The translations under genes and the position numbers were made by a program. Of a stretch of 64,000 bases of DNA, positions 10,052-23,081 are shown in pieces. Below the pieces are notes generated by a model, which did no database searches, was not told the origin of the DNA, and worked only from the letters and a program-made list of their open reading frames with translations. The DNA comes from an uncultured delta proteobacterium (GTDB lineage: Bacteria; Desulfobacterota; Desulfobacteria; Desulfobacterales; QNYZ01): contig CAWJQU010000003.1 of NCBI GenBank assembly GCA_963845145.1, positions 241,476-305,475 of the forward strand. Reading direction: 5' to 3'. The number at the start of each line of letters is the position of its first letter. Position 1 is the stretch's first letter.

Positions 10052-11164
10052 ATGGGAAAACAACTCGTTTTAGTCGGCGGCGGCCACGCCCATATGGTAA
10101 CTATGGCCAATCTGCACCAGTTTGTCGAAAAGGGGCACCAGGTTACCGTGATCGGTCCTTCAGAGAACCACTACTACTCCGGTATGGGGCCGGGAATGTT
10201 GGGAGGCACCTATTCTCCGGATGATATTCGCTTTGCCACCCGACATGTGGTTGAAAAACAAGGCGGCGTTTTTGTGTTGGACAAGGCAACTGGCGTGGAC
10301 CCCGATGGCAAACGTGTGAAACTCCAATCCGGTAAAGAGATTTCTTACGATGTGGTTTCATTTAATTGCGGCAGCTACGTTCCTAGACCCGATATTGTGG
10401 GCCAAAACACCGATATATTTACCGTTAAACCCATTGAGAAATTATTGGAGGCGCAACAACGAATCCTCTCTTTAGCTGCGGAAGGGAAGACTGCAATCGG
10501 CATTATCGGTGGTGGACCATCGGCCATAGAAATCGCGGGAAACATCTGGGGGCTGGCCGTAAAAAAGCATATGGAAGTGCCGGCCATTAACCTCTTTACC
10601 CGCGGAAAATTAATGGACCGTTTTCCCGACGCCATCGGCAAAAAAGTGTTTCAATCCCTTTCCCGTCGGGGAGTCGCCATTCACGAAAAAAGCCCGGTCT
10701 CTACGATTGAAGACAACCGGATTACGTTGGCTTCTGGAGAGGACCACAAAGCCGATTTAATTTTTCTGGCCTTAGGTGTGAGGCCATCGCCCATCTTTGC
10801 CGACTCGGGTCTCGCCGTAGGACCGGACGGCGGCTTACTGGTCAATCAATTCCTGCAAAGCGACAAATATCCGGATATTTTCGGAGGGGGTGACTGTGTC
10901 CACTTTAAACCGCAGCCCCTGGATAAAGTCGGCGTCTATGCCGTCCGGCAAAACCCGGTTCTGTTAAATAATCTATTGGCGGCCCTGGAAGGTACGGACC
11001 TGCAACCCTTTGATCCCGGTGGGGCCTACCTCCTGATTTTCAATCTGGGTGGCGGCACAGGGATTTTACGAAAAAATTGGCTTCAGTTCGGGGGCCGTCC
11101 GGCGTTTATCGTCAAGGATTACATTGATCGCAAATTTATGCGCGAATTCCAGTCAATCGAATAA
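10052..11164 (+). CDS. FAD-dependent pyridine nucleotide-disulfide oxidoreductase resembling the domain fused N-terminally to SelD
   Basis: LVLVGGGHAH, YYSGMGPG, IIGGGPSAIE, FGGGDC, GVYAVRQNPVL. Confidence 0.8.
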   Translation: MGKQLVLVGGGHAHMVTMANLHQFVEKGHQVTVIGPSENHYYSGMGPGMLGGTYSPDDIRFATRHVVEKQGGVFVLDKATGVDPDGKRVKLQSGKEISYDVVSFNCGSYVPRPDIVGQNTDIFTVKPIEKLLEAQQRILSLAAEGKTAIGIIGGGPSAIEIAGNIWGLAVKKHMEVPAINLFTRGKLMDRFPDAIGKKVFQSLSRRGVAIHEKSPVSTIEDNRITLASGEDHKADLIFLALGVRPSPIFADSGLAVGPDGGLLVNQFLQSDKYPDIFGGGDCVHFKPQPLDKVGVYAVRQNPVLLNNLLAALEGTDLQPFDPGGAYLLIFNLGGGTGILRKNWLQFGGRPAFIVKDYIDRKFMREFQSIE

Positions 11165-11212
11165 CATCCGTGTCCACAAATGCCCAAACATACGCTTCAA
11201 AGGAGTCATTTC

Positions 11213-12118
11213 ATGGTTAAAGATATCGATGTCCTCATTCTTGGAACCGGACCGGCGGGCCTGCAGGCGGCGATTCATGCTGCACGGGCTAAAGCCTCGG
11301 TTTTAGTTATGGGACGCAAACATAAATCGAGCATCCACAACGCCCATGTAGAAAATTATTGCTGCCTCAGTAGTATTTCAGGAAATGATCTGCTCGCTCA
11401 AGGCGCCGAACAGGCCGCCAACGCCGGGGCCCATTTTCTTCATGAAGACGTGGTTAAGGTCGACCCCGGAGAAGGTGGTTTCGTTATTACGACAGAGAGC
11501 GACCAAACCATTAATACGCGAACCTTGATCCTGGCCATGGGCATCACGCGTAACAAGTTGGGCATTCCGGGTGAAAAAGAGCTTCTCGGAAAAGGCGTTA
11601 GTTATTGTGTCGATTGCGATGCTAATTTTTACAAGGGCAGCCCGGTAGCGGTCGTTGGGAATGAATCTGCTGCGGTATCAGGGGCAATGACGCTGCTTTT
11701 TTATGCCAGCGAAGTGCACTTGATTTCAGAAAAACTCGAAGTGGCCGACGGCCTTGCCAATCAGATAAAGGCGTCGGACGTGCACCTTCATTTGGGAAAA
11801 AAGGTCGTTAAGACTATCGGTACGGAAAAACTCGAGGGCGTTATCCTAGATAACGATGAACGCCTGAACGTTAGCGGCCTGTTCATTGAAACCGGCGCCA
11901 AAGGCGCCGTTGAACTGGCCTCCTTTTTGGGTGTCGCGCTGGATGACGAAAAATTTCGTTACATCATGGTGGATAAGCAACAGCAGACAAATGTTCCCGG
12001 TATCTATGCCGCGGGTGATATCTGCGGACCGCCCTGGCAAATAGCCAAGGCCGTGGGAGAAGGCTGTGTGGCCGGGTTATCTGCTGCAAAATTTGCCAAA
12101 AAAAAGCGAAAGAAGTAA
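11213..12118 (+). CDS. Thioredoxin reductase-like flavoprotein with atypical nucleotide-binding motif
   Basis: ILGTGPAG, GVSYCVDCD (CxxC), TNVPGIYAAGDI, QIAKAVGEG; start chosen after AGGAG. Confidence 0.85.
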   Translation: MVKDIDVLILGTGPAGLQAAIHAARAKASVLVMGRKHKSSIHNAHVENYCCLSSISGNDLLAQGAEQAANAGAHFLHEDVVKVDPGEGGFVITTESDQTINTRTLILAMGITRNKLGIPGEKELLGKGVSYCVDCDANFYKGSPVAVVGNESAAVSGAMTLLFYASEVHLISEKLEVADGLANQIKASDVHLHLGKKVVKTIGTEKLEGVILDNDERLNVSGLFIETGAKGAVELASFLGVALDDEKFRYIMVDKQQQTNVPGIYAAGDICGPPWQIAKAVGEGCVAGLSAAKFAKKKRKK

Positions 12119-12157
12119 GAGGGTTGAGATATACGCTGGGGTGGCGCCCAATATAAT

Positions 12158-14317
12158 CTAGACAGGTAAAGTGAAACAAAAGCGCGTGCCAAAGCCTTCA
12201 CCCTCACTTTCAACCCAAATCTTTCCGCCATGGAGTTCGACAAAACGTTTAGATAACGATAACCCAAGACCGGTACCCTGGTAGCGACGACTCGCGGAGT
12301 TCTCCACCTGTTCAAAGGGCTGGAAAATCATCTCTAAATTTTCTTTTTTCAAACCGATGCCACTGTCGATAATAGAAATTTGAATAAACGCCTTTGGAAG
12401 CGCCGTCTTGTTTCGAGCCGGCATGTCGCCATCTGAAATGCACTTGGCATCCAGATCAATGCGACCCCCATTCGGCGTAAATTTGACGGCATTGGACAAT
12501 AAGTTGTAAAGAATTTGCTTTAGCATGCGTTCATCCACAGTCACGGACTCTGGAATGTTGTCTAATTTACAGGAGGTTTGGATGCCTCCTTTCATTGCTT
12601 TTTCTTTTATCATCACGAGGCTGTTGGATAATATTTCGCCAATATTCACCTTTGTCGGCTTATAATCGAATTTTCCAGCCTCAACTTTGGAAAGATCCAA
12701 GATGTCATTAATCAATGAAAGAAGATGTTCGGCACTACCGTGAACATCAGCTAAGTATTCCTCTTGGATATCGTTTAATTTTCCGAAATGCTTGTCCAGA
12801 ATTAACTCGGTGAAGCCGATGATATGATTCATTGGCGTTCGCAATTCGTGGCTCATGTTGGCCAAAAATTCACTTTTTGAGCGGCTGGCGATTTCGGCTG
12901 TTCTTTTGGCCTCCCACATTGTCTGTTGTGCCTGTTTACGCTCTTCGATTTCTCGCTGCATTGATTTATTGGTTTTGAGTATTTCCGCGGTCCGTTCCAG
13001 GACTCTCTTTTCTAGCTCAATATTGCTTTTTTTCAGAACACTTTTTGTTTCCAATAGTTTTTTGCGTTGGGTTTCGATAATCTCAAATGCATCTGAAAAA
13101 TATCGGGATAGTAAATATGCCTGGGAAAAAATAAAAATAAAAAGACCAAACTGAACCATATATTCGGCCTGAATAATATTCTGAGCATAGAGCATGTCGT
13201 TGACGGACAATATGAAGAGAATGCTAAAACCGGCCAGAAAAATAATCGCCTTAATTTCTTTATTGAGCGAGGCGATCACCAGAATGGCCGTCGCGTATAC
13301 AAACATGGCAAGGGTGAACATCTGGTAAAAAACCAGCGTATGGGAAAAAACCTTTACCGGAAACAGGACAACCACCGCCACAAACAGGAGCGCGATTCCC
13401 GTAGCTGCGATGTAGATGTTTTTTGAAAACCTGTCGGAAAAAAGAGAATAAAAATAGTGGATAAAGGTAGGTACAGCGAAATAAAAGGTCAAATATTCGA
13501 TCTTGATGATCATCTCATAGTTGATCCCAGGAAAAAGCAGAAGGATATATCTTTCGCCGGTCACCACTATTCTCAGTGCGATAATCAGGCAAAAGAGTCC
13601 GAAAAAAAGGGCCGACCGCTCATTTCTCCGCAGGGAATAAATCCCTAAATGATACAATCCGATAATGAAAATACTACCAAAAAGAAAAAGATTAAACGCA
13701 ATATTAATTTCACGACGTTTTTGTAACTGATCCCTTGTCCCCAGGGTAATTGTTTCCCAGGCACCCCCCACTTTATGGGAAAAGTTAGAAACCTGAATGA
13801 TAATATCCAATTTATCATCATCGGTCGTAAAATCGACTATTTCGGGTTGATACCCAGGCTTGGCTGAATCCGCCGTTTGACCGACGATACCGGCGGAAGA
13901 TACTTTAAGGCCATTGATGAACAGGCTATACGACGTGCTCATTTCCAATGCTTTTACAGCCAGTTCGGTACTGTTTGCCTTATTTATATGAACGGTAAGA
14001 CGATAGGTGGCGCACCCTGCTCCCCCAAGGGCTTGCCCCTGATGTACAAAACCGTTCCAAGGATTAGGTATGGCAATGTAATCGGCTTGCATGGAAGAGG
14101 CGTTTAAACTGAGATCCCGGGGGCTTAGGAGCTGTTTCCAGTAAAACTCATATTCACCGGATAGTTTTAAAGGACCATCCCGCTTAAAATCCCATTGGTT
14201 AAGATCCAGTACGCCCTTTACAGCCGTCGGGGCAACAGCCGATTCGGTTGATTTTTCGCAAGCGCTTGTAAACAAGAGCAAAATTCCGAGACAGATGGAC
14301 AGTAGGCTGAATCTCAT
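12158..14317 (-). CDS. Sensor histidine kinase with extracellular beta-domain and 7TM-DISM-like membrane region
   Basis: Lipoprotein-like N-terminus, 7 TM segments, FLANMSHELRTP, NLLSNAVKFT, GTGLGL. Confidence 0.9.
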   Translation of the reverse strand: MRFSLLSICLGILLLFTSACEKSTESAVAPTAVKGVLDLNQWDFKRDGPLKLSGEYEFYWKQLLSPRDLSLNASSMQADYIAIPNPWNGFVHQGQALGGAGCATYRLTVHINKANSTELAVKALEMSTSYSLFINGLKVSSAGIVGQTADSAKPGYQPEIVDFTTDDDKLDIIIQVSNFSHKVGGAWETITLGTRDQLQKRREINIAFNLFLFGSIFIIGLYHLGIYSLRRNERSALFFGLFCLIIALRIVVTGERYILLLFPGINYEMIIKIEYLTFYFAVPTFIHYFYSLFSDRFSKNIYIAATGIALLFVAVVVLFPVKVFSHTLVFYQMFTLAMFVYATAILVIASLNKEIKAIIFLAGFSILFILSVNDMLYAQNIIQAEYMVQFGLFIFIFSQAYLLSRYFSDAFEIIETQRKKLLETKSVLKKSNIELEKRVLERTAEILKTNKSMQREIEERKQAQQTMWEAKRTAEIASRSKSEFLANMSHELRTPMNHIIGFTELILDKHFGKLNDIQEEYLADVHGSAEHLLSLINDILDLSKVEAGKFDYKPTKVNIGEILSNSLVMIKEKAMKGGIQTSCKLDNIPESVTVDERMLKQILYNLLSNAVKFTPNGGRIDLDAKCISDGDMPARNKTALPKAFIQISIIDSGIGLKKENLEMIFQPFEQVENSASRRYQGTGLGLSLSKRFVELHGGKIWVESEGEGFGTRFCFTLPV

Positions 14318-14579
14318 AATCAAATATTATCGTTTCAAAACAATTCAAAATTCTGCAGATGTTGAACCAGAAAAATCAGCAATCCGGTGCAAATCAAAGA
14401 TACCACGCCGCCGTTTATTAAATAATCATAGGGCCTCAATTATCCCGTTTGGATAAACGATTATTATAAATATCGGTAATCAGGAGAAAAACTTAATCGT
14501 TTTTCGTGCACAACGCGTGAGGACAGAATATTACAAATATATGGTTTGGTCAAATTTGATGGTATTCGTTCAAGTTATC

Positions 14580-15002
14580 TTAAACGGTTAAATTATAAAA
14601 GGACATGCTGTTGACCGGTATCAGGTGATGGTTCACTCCCAGGCGGTACCGTTGGGCATCCCCATAAGAAAATAGCCGGCCCTGTAGCATTTTGTCGGGA
14701 GAAAAACCGATCCCTGGAACAATATTGGCCGGATTGAACGCCGCTTGTTCAACTTCGGCGAAATAGTTTTCGGAATTCCGGTTTAGTTCGAGTACTCCTA
14801 CATCGATGAGCGTTTTATAAACGGTTGCCAGGCTAGTGGTTGAAAAATCTCTCTTTACTTTCCCATAAATTTTTTCCACACTGGGATGTCCCTCGCTGCC
14901 TGCCAGGATTTTCAAAACAGCCAGCCGCTGGGGTGTGATTCGATAGCTTTTCTCACGCAGTTTTGAGACCATCTGCGCTAATCGTATTTTCGAATCCGCC
15001 AT
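14580..15002 (-). pseudogene. In-frame chimera of a Fur/PerR N-terminal DNA-binding domain and an internal catalase fragment
   Basis: [10 protein letters not shown]...GHPSVE...SLATVYKTL joined at about 14810 to [11 protein letters not shown]...[36 protein letters not shown]. Confidence 0.85.
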
Positions 15003-15137
15003 ATTATAGACGTCCAGCAAGGGTTATTAAGTAAAGGCTTTTAAACAAGGTTCGTTTATTAACAGATAACAAATATCAATAATAACAATAGTAAGACACC
15101 CTGTTAACCTTTTCTTTCAATACTCAATGTAGCCGCC

Positions 15138-16115
15138 ATGAAATATGTTGAAGCAAGCGTATTGATCAACGCCCAAAATAGGGATCTTGCCGAGGAGTTG
15201 GTCGTTTCCATCTTCGACGACCTCGGATTAAGCGGGGTCGTCGTCGAAGACCCATACACTGTATACGAAGCATTACCGCCTGATGTTATCGTAGATCCGG
15301 ATATGCTGCCGCATATGGATTTGAAACCGAGGCCGCATGCCGTTATCGGGTATTTCCCGTTGGATTCAACCGAAATTAAAAAATGCCGCGCCCTCGAATC
15401 CGCATTGGTTCAATTAAAAAGGTCCCAGAATATTACAACGACGGTTACTTATCGAGAAATCGACGAAGAGGACTGGGCGGAATCGTGGAAGGTATTTTTT
15501 CGACCGGAAAAAATCGGCGATCACGTGGTCGTAAAGCCTACCTGGTACGATTACGACGCCAAACCGGAAGAAATTATCGTCGAACTCGATCCAGGCATGG
15601 CCTTTGGTACGGGAACCCATCCGACCACAGCCATGTCGATCCGAATGCTGGAAACGAAGTTACAACCAGGCCAGCGTATTTTAGATATCGGGACCGGATC
15701 GGGAATTCTTCTCATCTCCGCGGCCAAACTGGGCGCCTGTTGCGGTATCGGTATCGACAATGACACAGTCGCCACGGTTGCCGCATCCGCCAATTTGGCT
15801 TTAAACCACATCGACCCCAAACAGTTTTCCGTAATAAAGGGGAACCTTGTCGAATCCGTAACAACTTGTTTTGATTTGATAACTGCGAATATTCTAGCCG
15901 AGGTCATTCTTGAATTGATCGCCAACATAAGCCACGTCCTCAAACCTGAAGGACTGTTTATTTGCTCGGGCATCATTGAACCCAAAGCCGATCAGGTGAT
16001 CGAACACCTCGGATCCAACGGGTTTCAGGTGATTGAGAAAGCGTTGCAGGATGACTGGGTTTGCATCGCTGCCCGATCTACAATAAGACATCCCGCGACA
16101 AATAGTGACGTATGA
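15138..16115 (+). CDS. prmA: Ribosomal protein L11 methyltransferase
   Basis: EEDWAESWK, LDPGMAFGTGTHPTT, LDIGTGSGIL, ANILA. Confidence 0.95.
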   Translation: MKYVEASVLINAQNRDLAEELVVSIFDDLGLSGVVVEDPYTVYEALPPDVIVDPDMLPHMDLKPRPHAVIGYFPLDSTEIKKCRALESALVQLKRSQNITTTVTYREIDEEDWAESWKVFFRPEKIGDHVVVKPTWYDYDAKPEEIIVELDPGMAFGTGTHPTTAMSIRMLETKLQPGQRILDIGTGSGILLISAAKLGACCGIGIDNDTVATVAASANLALNHIDPKQFSVIKGNLVESVTTCFDLITANILAEVILELIANISHVLKPEGLFICSGIIEPKADQVIEHLGSNGFQVIEKALQDDWVCIAARSTIRHPATNSDV

Positions 16116-18457
16116 CGGCTGAACACCGCATCAGCGTGCGGGATCTGGTTTCCCACGTCCTTGCCACCGGTGACCTGGAGTACGGATTCACCGGATCTGG
16201 TCGGTTGCTCAGGGCCCTTCGCGCTCACCAAAAAATCCAGCAGCAGCGTCCGACTCTCTATCAGCCCGAAGTGAGCGTCTCACATACAATCGATTCGTCG
16301 GATATTAAACTGATCGTCGGAGGGCGCATTGACGGCCTCTGGCCACTGGATGATGGCCGTATTCGGGTTGAAGAAATCAAAACCACCTCCCGATCAATAT
16401 CAACTGTTTCAAGCATGGAAAATCCACTCCACTGGGGCCAACTGAAATGCTATGCTTATATGATCGCCCACGACAACAACCTGTCAACCATTGAGGGTCA
16501 ACTGACCTATTACCACCTGGAGACGGGCCGAACGGTTGAAACCCTTAAAATCTTTGATTTAGAGGCTCTCACTGTCTTTTTTGACGATCTGGTTTCAAGC
16601 TACTTAGGCTGGGTTAAAACCGTAACCGAATGGCAACGTCATCGCAATACCTCGATCCTGCAAACCGCGTTTCCCTTTCCCCAATATCGGCCGGGCCAGC
16701 GTCAAATGGCGATCACCGCCTTTCGGACTATTCGAGACAAAGGTCGTTTGATGGCTCAAGCCGCTACCGGTATTGGAAAGACCATGGCGGTATTATTTCC
16801 AGCCATCAAAGCCTTGCGCGAGGATCTGACGGATACCATCTTCTATTTGACGGCACGCACAACGGGCCGAATGGCCGCTGAACAAACGTTGAATCAATGT
16901 CGGGGAAAAGGGCTGGTGATAAAATCCCTGGTTATCACCGCCAAAGAAAAAATATGCTTTGAACCTGACGCCGCTTGCAACCCTGAAGCATGTTCCTTTG
17001 CCAAAGGCTTCTACGACCGTTGCCGGTCAGGCATTGAAGAGGCCTTTGAGCGGGATGCACTCACGCGTGAGCGCCTTGAGGACATTGCCCGGCGTCATAT
17101 GATCTGTCCATTTGCGCTCTCGTTGATGCTGGCCGGATTTGTAGATGTGGTGATTTGTGACTACAATTATGTATTTGATCCCCGGGTTTCGTTAAAAACA
17201 TTGCTGGATGAACGCAAAAGCCGCCACACGTTTCTAGTGGATGAGGCCCACAATCTTGTTGACCGTTCCAGGGAAATGTTTTCGGCCTCGTTGACGAAGC
17301 AACCTTTTTTAACCGTCCGCCGAATGCTTAAAAACGATTTACCCGAACTTCATCGATTGATGGGTCGTATTAACCGTTGGTTTTTAAACATCCGCAAAGC
17401 AGGCAATCCGGACGCAACCCCCCGAACCGACCGCTGTGCACCGGACGGCCTCATGCCCCTTCTCTGGCGCTTCATTCACAGGGCCGACCAATGGCTTGCA
17501 AAAAATAAAAAGGCCGCTTACAGCGACGCCCTGCTGGAACTTTACTTTAGCACGACCAATTTCCTGCGCGTATGCGAAGCCTATGATGACCGCTATGTGA
17601 CCTGTTATGAACCCGAAGACAATGATTTTAGGGTGACACTTTTTTGCGTCGACCCGTCACCCCAGGTGGCGGAACGATTAAAAAAATCCCGGGCGACAAT
17701 CTTTTTTTCAGCCACGCTGACACCCATGAATTTTTTTATCGATATTTTGGGTAGCGGGGCGAAGACCCAGCGGTTAATCATTCCCTCTCCGTTTCCGCCG
17801 CAAAACAGATGTGTCATTGTCTGCCCCCATATTTCGACGCGTTACCGATTACGGGAAAAAACGCGACCCGCTGTACTGTCCGCCATTCAAACGACCCTTG
17901 AAACCCGACCGGGTAACTATCTCTTCTTCTTTCCCTCTCACCAGTACTTACAAGCTGTCCATACCGATTTTGAAGAAACCGGGTTCGATGCCGACGTAAA
18001 AATGCAGACCTCCCACATGGCAGAACACGAGCGGGAACGCTTTATTGCCCATTTCACTGAAGAAAACACAAGGTCAAGAATCGCCTTCGCCGTCATGGGT
18101 GGTATTTTCGGCGAAGGCATTGACCTTACGGGTGACCGATTAAATGGTGTGGCCATTATCGGCGTCGGTCTCCCGGCCATTTCATGGCAAAATGAACTGA
18201 TTCGAGACTATTTCCAACAAAAGACCGGGGAAGGTTACGAATATGCTTACGTCTACCCGGGGATCAACCGTGTGCTTCAGGCCGCCGGGCGCGTCATCCG
18301 CTCCGAGAAGGATGTGGGGGTCATTTTATTGATTGATGATCGCTTCAATACCGCCCTTTATCGAAAATTGCTGCCATCGGATTGGCAACTTGCAAAGGCC
18401 TTGAATTCAAAGGATATACAAAAACACCTCTTGAATTTCCGGTTAGCAACCCAATAA
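16112..18457 (+). CDS. Rad3/DinG-like Fe-S helicase with N-terminal PD-(D/E)XK nuclease domain
   Basis: GRIDG...EEIKT...QLKCYA nuclease motifs; ATGIGKT, Cys cluster, DEAHNL, SATL, QAAGRVIR. Confidence 0.9.
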   Translation: MTAEHRISVRDLVSHVLATGDLEYGFTGSGRLLRALRAHQKIQQQRPTLYQPEVSVSHTIDSSDIKLIVGGRIDGLWPLDDGRIRVEEIKTTSRSISTVSSMENPLHWGQLKCYAYMIAHDNNLSTIEGQLTYYHLETGRTVETLKIFDLEALTVFFDDLVSSYLGWVKTVTEWQRHRNTSILQTAFPFPQYRPGQRQMAITAFRTIRDKGRLMAQAATGIGKTMAVLFPAIKALREDLTDTIFYLTARTTGRMAAEQTLNQCRGKGLVIKSLVITAKEKICFEPDAACNPEACSFAKGFYDRCRSGIEEAFERDALTRERLEDIARRHMICPFALSLMLAGFVDVVICDYNYVFDPRVSLKTLLDERKSRHTFLVDEAHNLVDRSREMFSASLTKQPFLTVRRMLKNDLPELHRLMGRINRWFLNIRKAGNPDATPRTDRCAPDGLMPLLWRFIHRADQWLAKNKKAAYSDALLELYFSTTNFLRVCEAYDDRYVTCYEPEDNDFRVTLFCVDPSPQVAERLKKSRATIFFSATLTPMNFFIDILGSGAKTQRLIIPSPFPPQNRCVIVCPHISTRYRLREKTRPAVLSAIQTTLETRPGNYLFFFPSHQYLQAVHTDFEETGFDADVKMQTSHMAEHERERFIAHFTEENTRSRIAFAVMGGIFGEGIDLTGDRLNGVAIIGVGLPAISWQNELIRDYFQQKTGEGYEYAYVYPGINRVLQAAGRVIRSEKDVGVILLIDDRFNTALYRKLLPSDWQLAKALNSKDIQKHLLNFRLATQ

Positions 18458-18591
18458 AATGGCCTGCCGAATCAGTTTATGCCAAATGGCACTTGACGAA
18501 AGGGCAAACTATTGATATGGACATCTCCGAAAACATTGTAAATCAAAGGATTTAAGAGGATTGAAGAGCCTGTTACCCGAAAGGGGGTCCA

Positions 18592-18963
18592 ATGAACAAT
18601 GAAGTCATTAAATTAAAAAAGTTTGCCGAGCACCGAATTGAAAAAAGAAAATTGATTGATAAATACTACAGCGTTCAATTTTCTCTGAAGCAGAAAGTCC
18701 CCATTTACCAGTTCAAACTCAAGGACATCTCTCCCGACGGCTTATGTTTTATCGTCAAAGAGAAGTCGAAATTACTTAATAAAATAAAAACAAATGACAT
18801 TCTCGATATGACTTTTTGTGCCGCTGATGCACCCAAGGACACAACCTGTTTCAAAGCCAAAATCGCTCATATTACGCCGGATATAAAAGGAAAATACAAG
18901 AACCACTTCCTCGTCGGCTTTTCAATCATTGATGATCAATCCGGCTCGATCAGGCTTGTATAA
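18592..18963 (+). CDS. PilZ domain protein
   Basis: RIEKR (RxxxR) and DISPDG motifs. Confidence 0.75.
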   Translation: MNNEVIKLKKFAEHRIEKRKLIDKYYSVQFSLKQKVPIYQFKLKDISPDGLCFIVKEKSKLLNKIKTNDILDMTFCAADAPKDTTCFKAKIAHITPDIKGKYKNHFLVGFSIIDDQSGSIRLV

Positions 18964-19055
18964 ATTTTGGCTCCCGGAAAGCGACTTTCATCATCATCCA
19001 CCCAAGATACAAACGCCTCATTTCTAAAGGGGTCAAATCCATTAAGGCGCAATCA

Positions 19056-20339
19056 ATGGGTGTGTTGACCATTACCCTTCGAAGACCCATCGCCTTTATT
19101 TTCTTTTTTTTACTCATATTGACCTGGGTTGACACAATCCCTGCCGCCACAAGAACCCAACGATCTCAGTTTCAACGCTCGATTATCGATTATCGGAATC
19201 GAATTCATCCTCAATTTAAAAAGATCACCCGCAAAAAAACAAAATACGTCGTTATCCACACCGCTGAAGCCGGATTAAAAAGTACGCTTAATGTGGTGTC
19301 GAAGGGGAAACTCGTTCGCCGCAAGCGGATCAGCTACGGTGGTCACAGCCACTACGTGATCGCCCGTAACGGGCGTACTTACCGCACCCTCGACAAACGC
19401 TACCGCGCAGACCATGCCGGTCGAAGCATGTGGAAAGGAGAAACCGATATCAGTGATGTTTCCATCGGGATCGAACTGGTGGGGTATCATTATACGGAAA
19501 TTACCGATCAACAATATAAGGCGGTGGGGTTATTGCTCGCCATTCTTAAGCGCGTGTATCAATTGGATGATCACGCAATACTTACCCATAGCCAGGTGGC
19601 TTACGGCCGGCCCAACCGCTGGTTCAAGAAATCGCATCGGGGAAGAAAGCGCTGCGCCAAAAATTTTATTCGCCACAGAGCTAATATAGGTCCTGGCCCC
19701 TCGTTCGATCCAGATGTCCGGGCGGGCCGACTCAGCCCGGATCCCAAGCTCGCTGCCATTTTGTATGCCAAACGAGTGGCCAGCAAAGAGCGGGTCGGGA
19801 CCAATGTGATTACCGGCGCCAATGTTGCCTGGACGATTGCCGGTGAAGACTATGACTCCCCCAACACTTTATACAAACTGCCCAACGGTAAAATTATACC
19901 CGGTGACAAAATTGAAAAACGAATCGGATGGAAACATATCCCCAAAAAGACCGTGGTGATGCTTAATCAGGCCGAAGCCCCACGGAAAACCGGTCCAATC
20001 AAGATTATTTCCAATGGTCTGACAGCCTGGAACCTTGCTGGAAGCGCCTATAACCGATCCACCACGTTTTATTTTTTTCCAAATGGCAATGTCAGGAACG
20101 GAAGCCAAATATCGGATTGGGATGAACTCCCGCCGCGAACAAAAATGATCATCGGATATCGAAACAACGGTCACATATCCCAGGCCAAACCACCCTCAAA
20201 AATCGCCGGCTCACGCTACAAAGACCACAACACTGTTTACTATTTCCCCGATGCATCTCTTGTCACCGGTAATATTATAAAAAGCTTTAAAAAGTTTCCA
20301 TCCGGGGTTCAGGTCTATCTACCGATAAAAAAATCTTAG
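19056..20339 (+). CDS. N-acetylmuramoyl-L-alanine amidase (Amidase_2) with three C-terminal repeats
   Basis: Signal peptide; VVIHT, SHYVI, HAGRSMW, SIGIELVG, LTHSQVA. Confidence 0.82.
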   Translation: MGVLTITLRRPIAFIFFFLLILTWVDTIPAATRTQRSQFQRSIIDYRNRIHPQFKKITRKKTKYVVIHTAEAGLKSTLNVVSKGKLVRRKRISYGGHSHYVIARNGRTYRTLDKRYRADHAGRSMWKGETDISDVSIGIELVGYHYTEITDQQYKAVGLLLAILKRVYQLDDHAILTHSQVAYGRPNRWFKKSHRGRKRCAKNFIRHRANIGPGPSFDPDVRAGRLSPDPKLAAILYAKRVASKERVGTNVITGANVAWTIAGEDYDSPNTLYKLPNGKIIPGDKIEKRIGWKHIPKKTVVMLNQAEAPRKTGPIKIISNGLTAWNLAGSAYNRSTTFYFFPNGNVRNGSQISDWDELPPRTKMIIGYRNNGHISQAKPPSKIAGSRYKDHNTVYYFPDASLVTGNIIKSFKKFPSGVQVYLPIKKS

Positions 20340-20384
20340 AAAACTTTATCACCCAGCGTCAGCCAGCCGCCTATAAGCTCAGCC

Positions 20385-23081
<2,697 letters not shown>

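Noticed and set aside
16112..16650. Cas4 or type IV CRISPR DinG system
   Set aside because: No array or other cas genes; housekeeping context
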